A stretch of DNA of 53,826 bases from a virus (taxonomy: Duplodnaviria; Caudoviricetes). Under the pieces are notes generated by a model. That model made no database searches. It had not been told where the DNA came from and saw only the letters and a program-made list of their open reading frames with translations. Location: positions 1-53,826 of the IMG/VR virus record IMGVR_UViG_3300044801_000056; one strand, 5' to 3'. Shown piece after piece: positions 44,816-53,826 of the stretch (position 1 is the stretch's first letter; every line of letters starts with the position of its first letter). A program made the position numbers and the translations under genes.

Positions 44816-46055
44816 TCCGGTTCCTGTCACGCCAAATTTCCTTTCCGGGAACCCGATCGCGCTAGCCAGCCAGGTCATGAATTTGCAGCAAATGCAAGCT
44901 CAACGGGCCGTTGGAAATGCATTTCAGGGTGCTATAAGGCCGGATGGCTCATTTGATCCGAATGCCGCCGCTCTTGCCATCAAGAATGATCCGAGTGCCG
45001 CTTATGGAGCAGCCCAAGGCGTCCAATCGGTTCTTGAAGCGCGAGCCCGGAACATTTCCAATGCAACGAATCAACTCGGGCTTGGGCTTGCGAATAATGC
45101 TGGGGCAGCTACCATCCTTGCGCCGTATGCCTCTCTCGGACGTCCTTTGACGGATGATGAGCAATATTCGGTCAAAGCCAAACTCGCGGCAGCTGGTGTC
45201 GATCCGGCGACGGTGGCGGCGGCGGATGTCAATGGCGCGATCAAATCAGGAAATGCGGCTCGCCTTGCTCAAGTGCAAGGAATGGGACCAGGCGCGGCAG
45301 CAAGCGGCGTCGAAGTGGCGGGTCAGGAAGGGCAACCACTTCGCGTGCCCCTTGGCAGCGTAGTGGCAAATACGGGGGTTGCCCCGCTTTCTCGCGGTCT
45401 TTCCCCAATTCAAGCGGCGGACCAAGGTGAATATCTTGCGGATCAGACCAAATCCGCCGCGACGATGGCAAACGTACGGCCATTGCAGCAAGCTTTGCCT
45501 CTCGTTTCCCAACTCTCCAATTATAATTTTGGTCCTGGATCAGCGGATATCGATAAAGTCAAAGGTCTTCTCACGACGCTCGGTATTACGGGCGTTGATC
45601 CAACAGATCAAAAAGTGGTCCGCGAGGAAGTTAACAAAAAACTTCATGGCTATGCGTCCGGAGCTATCAGCGCGGGGCGATCTGATAATGCTTTGTCTCA
45701 GGCATTGACTTCAAACCCAAGCCTCGATTTGACTCAACCCGCAAATCTTAACCTGATCAAGAATCAGATCGCGATGGATAAGATGGATGCCGCCATCCCT
45801 GCGGCTGCGGGTAGCTGGAATGGGTATAAGAATTTCAAGACCGGCTACTATCCTGGCGTGGATCAGAGAGCCTTTGGTTTTGACAATGCAACCCCAAAAG
45901 AACGACAGGCCATAATTCAAAATCTTGGTCCTCCGAAACCAGATCAAAATGGCGTCCCGACGAATCAGGCGTATTTGAAATTTGCAAAATCGTATGATCT
46001 TGCAAAAAAAGCCGGTATGATTCAACCTTCCGCAGGTGTTCCAAATGGCCAATGA
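44805..46055 (+). CDS. DNA ejection protein (gp20-like)
   Basis: Ala/Gln-rich helical protein; position. Confidence 0.6.
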   Translation: MPDSPVPVTPNFLSGNPIALASQVMNLQQMQAQRAVGNAFQGAIRPDGSFDPNAAALAIKNDPSAAYGAAQGVQSVLEARARNISNATNQLGLGLANNAGAATILAPYASLGRPLTDDEQYSVKAKLAAAGVDPATVAAADVNGAIKSGNAARLAQVQGMGPGAAASGVEVAGQEGQPLRVPLGSVVANTGVAPLSRGLSPIQAADQGEYLADQTKSAATMANVRPLQQALPLVSQLSNYNFGPGSADIDKVKGLLTTLGITGVDPTDQKVVREEVNKKLHGYASGAISAGRSDNALSQALTSNPSLDLTQPANLNLIKNQIAMDKMDAAIPAAAGSWNGYKNFKTGYYPGVDQRAFGFDNATPKERQAIIQNLGPPKPDQNGVPTNQAYLKFAKSYDLAKKAGMIQPSAGVPNGQ

Positions 46056-48702
46056 CAATTCCATTGATCCAGGTCTTTCGGTTTCACCGTCTGACCGGGA
46101 TATGTGGATTCGTACCGTGATCGGGGAGGCTGGGAATGATCCGGCTAGTCAACCGGCTGTGGCGCATGTCATCGCGAATCGGATGCAACAGACCGGAGAT
46201 TCCGCAACGAAGATTGTCTTGGCTCCGAACCAATTCGAACCATGGGGTTCAAAGCCGGATCAGCTTATGAGCTATTCCCCGGATTCGCCTGCCTATAAAA
46301 AAGCGGCATCCGTCATCGACGGCGTGATCTCGGGAAAAATTCCTGATCCCACGGGTGGCGCAACGCTGTTTTATTCTCCTTCCGCGCAATCCGCATTAGG
46401 ACGCAATCCGCCGAAATGGGATGATGGCAGCGGTCAGCCGATCGGAAAGCATGTCTTTTTTGGAGGCAATCCGAGCAAGATTGCGCAGGCCGCACCGTCT
46501 TCTGATTTTCTCAAGGATTTCGAAATCGCGCCCGCTGCTGCATCGGTCTCGGATAACAAAGGGCAAAGCCTAACGGCTGTCCCGTCTCCCGTGCAATCAG
46601 TCATAAAGCCGGGGCAACCCGCATTCATGACGGACTTTCCGATTGCGCCTGCGGAAGCCCAAGCCCCAACTCCTAGCCATATTACGGCGCCATTGCCCAA
46701 TGCGATGCCCGGCCTAAATGGTCTTGTGTGGGATCGAAATGGAGGACACGATCCTAAAACCGGTGAATTGGTCGTCGCTGGTGCTCCAATGTCCGGCGTG
46801 AGCAATCCTGGCCTTTTGGCGGGAGCCACAAGTTTTCTTAACGGCGTCCCGGTCATTGGCCCCGCGCTTCTAGGTGGAACGCAGCGGGCCTCGGCTGGTA
46901 TTCATACCCTGCAAAACGGGGCGCCTTATGCAAGCAATCTGGAAACAGTACAAGGGCGAACCGCTGAAGCACAAGCACAAAATCCGGGGATTTCGACGGC
47001 TTCCAGCATTTTGGGAGGTATTACAGGAACCGGTCTAGGGGTTATGGCGGCCCCGGCTGCATTTGGTGTGAGTGGCGCCGGTTTTGTCCCCAACATGGCT
47101 GCAAGCGCTCTAAGTGGCGCGGCAATCGGGGGTGCGGACGCGGCCGCGCGCGTGAGTGATTATAGCCTATCCCCTAGCAATCCAAATCTTCAAATGTCCA
47201 TGAATAATCCTATTTTGCGGGGGACTATTTTTGGCGGCACGCTAGGTGGAATTGCCCCGGCAGTTGGACAAGGCGTAGGCTACGCGCTCGGATGGGGAGC
47301 TAATAAGCTCCTTGGACTCGCCCCGGAAGCACGCAATATCGCTGGCGTCTTCCATGATATCGGCATGACGCCAGAACAAGCGCAATCGAATCTCGCTCGC
47401 ATGGGGCCAAATGCCACTCTCGCGGATATCGATCCTGCATTGACGACAGAAGCTTCAGGTCTTGCTCGATTGGGCGGCGCGCCAACTTCGATTCTTAAGG
47501 GAGCTATGGCAACCCGTGCGGCAGGAGCCGATGCGCGCGCGGCTGATCTTGTCAATCAAACACTTGGGCCAAAACCTGATCTCAATGCAACCATTGCATC
47601 TATAGAAAACGATGCCGCTACCCGTGCATCTCCATACTATGAGGCCGGTCGCGCTGGGCCTTCTATGGATGTCACTCCAGTTCTTGCAAATATTGACCGG
47701 CAAATTCCAGATGCATCGGGCGGCGTTCAAAGCGTACTTCGAACGGCCCGGAATTATCTGACACGCAATGCCCCGGCACAAGATACTCTCGGAATGTCTA
47801 TTCCCAAGGACGATCCAGGCGCGGTTTTAGGTGCCCGGCAGGCGCTTGATGATATGATGTATAATCGAGATACTGGAGAAGCTAAACTAGGACCCAATGC
47901 CTTGCGTATCGCAAGTCAAATTCGAGGCCAGCTCAATGATATTATTAAGGAAGATTCGAATTTCGCCGCTGGCGATGCGATTCATTCTCAGGCCATGGGT
48001 ATCCGGGATGCGCTAAATCAGGGCGTTGACGTTTTCAAAAGAAATGTTAGGCCGGAAGATCTCACTCGCACGCTCGAAACCATGACGCCAGAAGAAATCG
48101 CGGCGCACCAAGCCGGGGCTCGTATTGCTATCGGCGATACCATGGAGCAATCTCAGCGGGGAGAACTTTCGGCGGCTCAAAGTATGTTCGGACGTGGCAC
48201 CGCCAATCGGGCTAAACTTGATGCTATTTTTCCAAATGCTCAAGATACATTAGATGCGCTGCATAGCCAGGTTGTCATGAAGGCAACTGAACAGCGAGTG
48301 GGCCAAAATTCCGTAACCGCCGAAGCACAAGCTGTTGGCAAGAAATATACCCCGCAAGGTGAACAGGGAATTAGCGCGGCGGTCCCTCTTGTGGGTGAAG
48401 CTCTTGGCGGCGGACCGGGCGCGGCGGCGGCATTGGCTGGGCGCTATACTTATGGCGCCATAAAAGATGCCATGACACGAAACGCGCTTGCCCGGCTTAC
48501 GGAGGGGACGGCGCGAGGTCTTGCCGCTACGGGTCCGGAACAATCGGCCTTCCTCGATCAAGTTGGCCGGGCTTACCGGACGAATGGTGTCACGAATGCG
48601 TTGAACCAAGGTGGCAACATTGCTGGAAATCTAGCATTCCGGTCTGCGTTGCCAAATCTTTTGGAGCTTAATCGACAGCGGAATGCTTTATCGACGCGGT
48701 AA
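46045..48702 (+). CDS. Large ejection protein with N-terminal SleB/Hydrolase_2 peptidoglycan hydrolase domain
   Basis: RTVIGEA...AVAHVIANR...NQFEPW...DPTGGATLFY...IGKHVF. Confidence 0.85.
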   Translation: MANDNSIDPGLSVSPSDRDMWIRTVIGEAGNDPASQPAVAHVIANRMQQTGDSATKIVLAPNQFEPWGSKPDQLMSYSPDSPAYKKAASVIDGVISGKIPDPTGGATLFYSPSAQSALGRNPPKWDDGSGQPIGKHVFFGGNPSKIAQAAPSSDFLKDFEIAPAAASVSDNKGQSLTAVPSPVQSVIKPGQPAFMTDFPIAPAEAQAPTPSHITAPLPNAMPGLNGLVWDRNGGHDPKTGELVVAGAPMSGVSNPGLLAGATSFLNGVPVIGPALLGGTQRASAGIHTLQNGAPYASNLETVQGRTAEAQAQNPGISTASSILGGITGTGLGVMAAPAAFGVSGAGFVPNMAASALSGAAIGGADAAARVSDYSLSPSNPNLQMSMNNPILRGTIFGGTLGGIAPAVGQGVGYALGWGANKLLGLAPEARNIAGVFHDIGMTPEQAQSNLARMGPNATLADIDPALTTEASGLARLGGAPTSILKGAMATRAAGADARAADLVNQTLGPKPDLNATIASIENDAATRASPYYEAGRAGPSMDVTPVLANIDRQIPDASGGVQSVLRTARNYLTRNAPAQDTLGMSIPKDDPGAVLGARQALDDMMYNRDTGEAKLGPNALRIASQIRGQLNDIIKEDSNFAAGDAIHSQAMGIRDALNQGVDVFKRNVRPEDLTRTLETMTPEEIAAHQAGARIAIGDTMEQSQRGELSAAQSMFGRGTANRAKLDAIFPNAQDTLDALHSQVVMKATEQRVGQNSVTAEAQAVGKKYTPQGEQGISAAVPLVGEALGGGPGAAAALAGRYTYGAIKDAMTRNALARLTEGTARGLAATGPEQSAFLDQVGRAYRTNGVTNALNQGGNIAGNLAFRSALPNLLELNRQRNALSTR

Positions 48703-48891
48703 AAAAGCCTCCGGTGATCCTTTCCAGACCACATAAAGCAAAAACGTCTCAAATATCATTCCGAGACAAAAACCATCGCCAAAGAGGACCGGAACGCTGT
48801 CGAAAAACCATCGGAATAACAAGCAAAATCCGATCATTAGCGCTACACCTATCACAATCAGTATGAACCGAATCATCATGAACCGAATCAT
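48688..48891 (-). CDS. Small two-TM membrane protein, possible superinfection exclusion
   Basis: Two hydrophobic helices; antisense to the late operon after the ejection gene. Confidence 0.5.
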   Translation of the reverse strand: MIRFMMIRFILIVIGVALMIGFCLLFRWFFDSVPVLFGDGFCLGMIFETFLLYVVWKGSPEAFLPRR

Positions 48892-48892
48892 C
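48863..48892. repeat. 15-nt perfect tandem duplication
   Basis: ATGAACCGAATCATC twice. Confidence 0.95.
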
Positions 48893-48906
48893 AGGGATCC
48901 CCTCTC

Positions 48907-50736
48907 ATGTTAAATCGCTTACGCATTTTCGGTGCCGTGGCGATGCTCGCCCTTGTCTCCGTCCTACATAATACGGAAACCAGAGCGCAGGCAACCCAAG
49001 TTCCTCCGGGAGAGGTATGCTTTCAAGCCACGACAGGTTTGAATGGATTCATCGGGACGCTAGGGGCGATCACTGGCGGCTCTGGCGGGGCGGCGGGTAC
49101 TTATGCCAATGTTCCCTTTACGGGCGGGTCAGGAACCGGCGGGACGGCCAATATCACGGTTTCTGGCGGCACTGTTACGGCGGCTCAAGTCGTCTCGCCT
49201 GGCCTTAATTATGCTGTTGGAGATATTCTATCGGCAGCCGGGGCGAATATCGGTGGCGTGGCCGGGTTCCAAGTCCTGGTAGCATCGAACTCGATCAATT
49301 CCTCTCTTGCGGGCGGCAAAGTCGGCATGTATGTGCCGGGCACTTTGACGCCGTCGCAGACATGGGTAAACGCAAGCGAAACCACGCTCAATAGCAATCC
49401 GATTGCACTCGATTCCAATGGCTGCGCGGTTATCTTCGGCGTTGGAACCTATCGCCAAATCCTCTACGATAGCCTTGGGAATGAAGTTTGGGATCGGCTG
49501 ACTTCTGTTACGCCGGTTAATCCCTATTGGGCCGGGACGGCTGGCGGGACTGCGAACGCGATCACGGTTACGGATACGGGATTTGCGCAGACCGATGGCC
49601 AGAGCATTCAATTTCTCGCGGCCTATCCGAATACGCGCGCCGCAACGCTTTCCGTCAATGGCGGGACACCAATCCCAATCTTAGAAAATTCTCCTAGCGG
49701 TCCCATAGCATTAATCGGAGGGGAGATTTCGGCAACCGGGAATTTTACAAGCGTCGTCTATAGCTCATCCTTAAATTCCTTCATCCTCACGTCATATCAA
49801 AATACGGCGACATTGATCAATGTCAATGTCCCATTTCCACAAGGAAGACTCACGTTAGTTGCGACTTCGGGGGGGCTCAATACACCTGTCATGACTTCGA
49901 CGGTGACTGCGGCAGGAACAATCTATTATACGCCCTATCAAGGTGGTGTAGTTCCTCTCTGGAATGGGTCAGGATTTATCCCGACTTTTTGTCCTGAAAT
50001 CTCGAATATATTGGCTAATTCATCAGTCGGTAATGCCGGGCCTGCGGTAGCGGTTGCCAGTTCGATCTATGATCTTTTCGTCTGGAATAATGCAGGAACG
50101 TGCACTTTGACGCGAGGACCGGCATGGACAAATTTCACGACGCGATCTTTGGGAGGTTCGCGGGTTAATGGAATTTTAGTGAACGGTTCATCGATCACAA
50201 ATGGACCACTTTATGGATATGGGACTTATGTCGGAACCGTTGCCACGGATTCGTCAGGTGCGACCGTAACCTGGAATATTGGCGGCAGCGCGAGCGGTGG
50301 TAGTGCGGGATTCCTTGATGTTTGGAATATGTATAATCGAGTTATCGTGTCCGCATGTTCCGTTGATACGGGAGCAATTTATTCTTATAATATTTACACA
50401 ATTCGTCAGGCTAGAGCTAGCACTGGAGGAAACCAGATTAATTTTGTAACAGGTATTGCTGAGGACTCTATACAAGCGTCAATATCAGCATCGTTTCAGA
50501 CTAACTACCAACAGGATATGGGGATTGGGCTAGACTCTACCTCAACATTTTATTCTCAACAGATAAGTCCAGCGGGAAACGCATCACAACCTATTGCAGA
50601 ACGTGGAGATTTCGTTATTGCTCCAATATTAGGTTCTCATTATATATCTCGTAATGAACGAGGCAATAATGCAAATTCCACATACGCGCAGGATATCTAT
50701 TCCTTGGATAATCTATGCGCCTATATTCGGATGTGA
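48907..50736 (+). CDS. Tailspike/fibre with head-binding-like domain and N-terminal signal peptide
   Basis: LAGGKV..Y.PGT.TP..TW...NSNPIALDSNG.A.IFG.G.Y; PQGRLTL. Confidence 0.75.
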   Translation: MLNRLRIFGAVAMLALVSVLHNTETRAQATQVPPGEVCFQATTGLNGFIGTLGAITGGSGGAAGTYANVPFTGGSGTGGTANITVSGGTVTAAQVVSPGLNYAVGDILSAAGANIGGVAGFQVLVASNSINSSLAGGKVGMYVPGTLTPSQTWVNASETTLNSNPIALDSNGCAVIFGVGTYRQILYDSLGNEVWDRLTSVTPVNPYWAGTAGGTANAITVTDTGFAQTDGQSIQFLAAYPNTRAATLSVNGGTPIPILENSPSGPIALIGGEISATGNFTSVVYSSSLNSFILTSYQNTATLINVNVPFPQGRLTLVATSGGLNTPVMTSTVTAAGTIYYTPYQGGVVPLWNGSGFIPTFCPEISNILANSSVGNAGPAVAVASSIYDLFVWNNAGTCTLTRGPAWTNFTTRSLGGSRVNGILVNGSSITNGPLYGYGTYVGTVATDSSGATVTWNIGGSASGGSAGFLDVWNMYNRVIVSACSVDTGAIYSYNIYTIRQARASTGGNQINFVTGIAEDSIQASISASFQTNYQQDMGIGLDSTSTFYSQQISPAGNASQPIAERGDFVIAPILGSHYISRNERGNNANSTYAQDIYSLDNLCAYIRM

Positions 50737-50769
50737 TGAATGTGCTCTCATGTGAAAAGAAGTAATGCC

Positions 50770-53658
50770 ATGCTACGTCTGATTAGTGCTCTTTCATTGT
50801 GTTTAGTCGCGTCCGTGTCATGGGCGCAGACCGCGACGACTCGGTCTTCTTTGGAAGCTCAAACGAATGCAGCGATCTTCAACAATACGACGGGTCAAAT
50901 CACGGCGACATCATTAAATTCATTATTGCAAAATATCATTGCGAGTGAAGTCACACAGTCAGATTCATTAAATATATTCGCTTCTCCCCCTACATTCATC
51001 GGCCAAAATGGCGCATGCATCGCAAATGGATCGAGCCCTCTTATATGTTCGCCGCAAAATAGTACGATCACGATTAATGGAATATCGTGCATGCTCGCGG
51101 GAACTTGCACGGTCACAGCGGTAGCGGGATCGATCGGGCCAGGAACCACGACGATTTTAGGCGGGACATCCGGCGGCATCCTCTACGACAACGCGGGCAA
51201 TCTCGGCAACTCCGCCGCGCTCGGAACTGGTGTCCTCGGCGCTTTAACTACCAATCTGAACGCTTCGGGTGGACTGGTTGGCTATGGTGGATCGATGGGT
51301 AATGTCACGGGCCATGCGTCCCTTGATGTCCTCTTGGCGGGTGGGGTGTCAATGACCGGCGCGCTGACCTTCCCGACAAACGACCTCATCATCAACGGCG
51401 GGGCGGCGACTGCCGGTATCGCGACTGTCACCTCGGGCGGCGTTGTATCGAGTGAAGCAAATTTGCCTGTTGCCAATCTCAATAGCGGCACGGGGGCAAG
51501 TTCGTCTACATACTGGCGCGGTGATGGAACGTGGGCAACGCCAGGCGGAGGCGGCACCGTCACCACTTCCGGCGCGCCTGCTAACACATACCTATCCTCG
51601 TTTTCCGGCGCGACCGCGATCACCGGCACCGCGAACGCTACTCTTTCGGGCGGGGCTCTAACCCTTGGCGCCTCGGGCACTCTTGGCTCAGTGACGTTGG
51701 GGAATGCCACGAGCGGGACGATCACGCTTGAGCCAACAACCGGTGCTCTGGGGACGATTACAGAATATCTTCCGGTGGCTTCGGGGGATACTCTTGTGTC
51801 GCTTGCCGCGACGCAAACGCTGACAAATAAATCCATCGCGGGGAGCGAGATCAACTCCGGTACCGTAGCCGCAACATATCTTCCCACGGCGACGGGTGCG
51901 GCTTTGGGTGTCGCGGAAGCGGGAACCGGCCTCACGGTGACCGCAGGAGTATTTTCCGTCACCTATGGAACGTCAGCCAACACGGCAGCGCAGGGGAACG
52001 ATAGCCGGATTACCGGGGCTCTGAGTGCCACGCTTGCGGCCTCTACCTACATGCCCCTTTCCGGCGGCCTTTTTACCGGTGGCACGATTGGGGTAGCAAA
52101 TACGTCACTGCCTACTAGTGTTGCGGGGGAGCTTGGGATTGCGGGCGGTCCAGTATCAAGTATACCAACCCTGGGCGCGAACGATGAAGGGGATGTTTGG
52201 CTAACAACAATTCACGGTCTGAATTTAATAGGAAAAGGCTCGACTTACGATGTAACTTTATTTGGGAGTAATGGTTCCGTTGCTCTTGGGGTAGCGACTG
52301 GGACACAAAATGTCGTCTTCGGTGGCCAGATAACAGCGCAGAGTCTCGCCACGCCAAGCAGCAACATCGCTGGCACGATCTGCGCGACCTCTACCGGCAT
52401 TCTACTCTACAACGTGGGGGCTAATTGCTACGCGGGCGGCGCAGCGGCTGGTGGTTCCAATACGCAGGTGCAGTACAACAGCTCTGGTACTCTCGCGGGT
52501 ATCACGGGCATGACGACCAATGGCACAGCGGCGACCTTCGCCACGTCAGACCTCATCATTAACGGCGGTTCGGCAACGGCTGGGCTAGCAACCGTGACCT
52601 CTGGCGGCGTCGTGTCGAGCGAGGCATCCGCGACGGTTGCCCAAGGTGGCACCGGAGCTTCGACCTTCACTGCCTATGGCGTTCTTTATGGCAATACCAC
52701 GAGCGCCCTTGGCGTCACGGGGGCGGGCACGACAGGCCAGGTTCTCACCGCGACGACTAGCGCAGCTCCTTCCTGGGCCGCTCCGGCGGCTGCGGCTGCG
52801 GGATCATTGACCGGAACCACGCTCAACAGCACTGTGGTAACTTCCTCTTTGACCTCCGTCGGGGCGTTAACCAGCGGCTCACTCGCCAGCGGATTCACGG
52901 CGGTAACCGGACCGCTTGGGGGCACCGGACTGACGACCGCCGCCGTCGGCGACATCATGTATGCGAGCGCGACGACGCCAACTTGGGCGCGGCTTGCGGA
53001 TGTTGCGGTTGGAAGCACCCTAATCTCTGGCGGTGTCGGCGTAGCACCATCGTGGGGAGCTTACGCGGCTGCTGCTGGAACCTTGACGGGCACAGCTCTC
53101 AACAGCTCGGTTGTCACATCCTCACTGGCGTCTCTCGGCACCATCATAGCCGGCACATGGCAAGGCACGATTATCGGCGCGACTTACGGTGGCACGGGTG
53201 TTAACAACGGCGCGAAGACGATCACGCTCGGCGGGTCGATCACGACAACCGGCGCGGGGGCGCCTACCCTGGCATTCCCAGCAACCGGCTACACCTACAC
53301 CTTCCCGCTTGCAAATTCGACATTGGCAAACCTGACGACTGCCGATCAAGTCTTGGCGGGCGGGGCGACGTTGACCGTTACCGCCCTAACAACGGGGGGC
53401 ATCACCGTTGACTGCGGGCAGGGGCCTGGCCAGTACATTGCTAATACAGCGGCGTTTACTATTACTGCCCCTGTAAACGATGGCGAATGTATTCTTCAGA
53501 TCGAGAATGGATCAGGCGCGGGAGCGGTGACGTTCTCAGGGTTCTCTGAAGGGGCAAACACAGGTGACGCTTTAACGACGACGAGCGGGAATTATTTCCA
53601 AATTAGTATCACGCGCATCCATGCAAAATCCCACTATCTAATAACGGCGCTCCAATGA
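50770..53658 (+). CDS. Long tail-fibre-like protein with internal repeats and signal peptide
   Basis: Gly/Thr/Ala-rich; duplicated DLIINGG.ATAG.ATVTSGGVVSSEA and LTGT.LNS.VVTSSL; GGTG motifs. Confidence 0.8.
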   Translation: MLRLISALSLCLVASVSWAQTATTRSSLEAQTNAAIFNNTTGQITATSLNSLLQNIIASEVTQSDSLNIFASPPTFIGQNGACIANGSSPLICSPQNSTITINGISCMLAGTCTVTAVAGSIGPGTTTILGGTSGGILYDNAGNLGNSAALGTGVLGALTTNLNASGGLVGYGGSMGNVTGHASLDVLLAGGVSMTGALTFPTNDLIINGGAATAGIATVTSGGVVSSEANLPVANLNSGTGASSSTYWRGDGTWATPGGGGTVTTSGAPANTYLSSFSGATAITGTANATLSGGALTLGASGTLGSVTLGNATSGTITLEPTTGALGTITEYLPVASGDTLVSLAATQTLTNKSIAGSEINSGTVAATYLPTATGAALGVAEAGTGLTVTAGVFSVTYGTSANTAAQGNDSRITGALSATLAASTYMPLSGGLFTGGTIGVANTSLPTSVAGELGIAGGPVSSIPTLGANDEGDVWLTTIHGLNLIGKGSTYDVTLFGSNGSVALGVATGTQNVVFGGQITAQSLATPSSNIAGTICATSTGILLYNVGANCYAGGAAAGGSNTQVQYNSSGTLAGITGMTTNGTAATFATSDLIINGGSATAGLATVTSGGVVSSEASATVAQGGTGASTFTAYGVLYGNTTSALGVTGAGTTGQVLTATTSAAPSWAAPAAAAAGSLTGTTLNSTVVTSSLTSVGALTSGSLASGFTAVTGPLGGTGLTTAAVGDIMYASATTPTWARLADVAVGSTLISGGVGVAPSWGAYAAAAGTLTGTALNSSVVTSSLASLGTIIAGTWQGTIIGATYGGTGVNNGAKTITLGGSITTTGAGAPTLAFPATGYTYTFPLANSTLANLTTADQVLAGGATLTVTALTTGGITVDCGQGPGQYIANTAAFTITAPVNDGECILQIENGSGAGAVTFSGFSEGANTGDALTTTSGNYFQISITRIHAKSHYLITALQ

Positions 53659-53826
53659 GAAAACTCTACATCGGCCTTCTACTTTTTTTTATGTCGGCGT
53701 TTCCTGCTGCGGCGTTGTTTTTCGCTCCGCCTCCGCCGTTATATAGGCATGTTTCGGGCGGAAGCTGCGCTGATACTTCTGTGCACATAATAACCGCAAG
53801 TGGCGCTGGGAGCGTCACCGTTCCGG
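53655..53826 (+). CDS. Partial CDS with signal peptide, runs off the window
   Basis: ATGA coupling; MRKLYIGLLLFFMSAFPAAA...ITASGAGSVTVP. Confidence 0.6.
   Translation, partial: MRKLYIGLLLFFMSAFPAAALFFAPPPPLYRHVSGGSCADTSVHIITASGAGSVTVP

Noticed and set aside
51382-53130. Internal duplications in the long fibre gene as a special system
   Set aside because: Diverged at synonymous sites; ordinary modular repeats of fibre proteins.

Overview
The window looks like most of the genome of a tailed dsDNA phage with a P22-like (podovirus-type) virion module, probably infecting an alphaproteobacterium (it encodes GcrA- and SciP-like proteins). It starts in the lysis/accessory region (1-4.1 kb). A leftward early arm (4.2-11.6 kb) carries ERF, YqaJ exonuclease, NinB-like, HNH and a Cys-repeat protein. 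A divergent switch with a Cro-like gene follows. The rightward arm (11.8-23.9 kb) carries DnaN-like, VRR-NUC, SciP/MT-A70, GcrA, DnaA-C-like, ASCH, DnaB, initiator with ori iterons, a DUF6745 operon, a tRNA-CAT and IS200/IS605 remnants. The late operon (24-53.8 kb) carries TerS, five accessory genes, intein-containing TerL, portal, scaffold, coat, tail, ejection proteins and fibres. No integrase, CI repressor or endolysin is visible. The best candidate for an undescribed system is the TerL intein: its homing endonuclease is not in-frame but is a separate HNH gene on the antisense strand, with its own promoter hidden in the intein splicing block. Also notable are Sec-type signal peptides on many virion/fibre-like proteins, a SciP-methyltransferase fusion inside a cell-cycle-mimic cluster, a 36-nt exact repeat linking an early and a late gene, two combinatorial coding repeat arrays, and a pseudoknotted RNA upstream of the coat gene. 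All family assignments come from motif recognition by eye; no searches were run.
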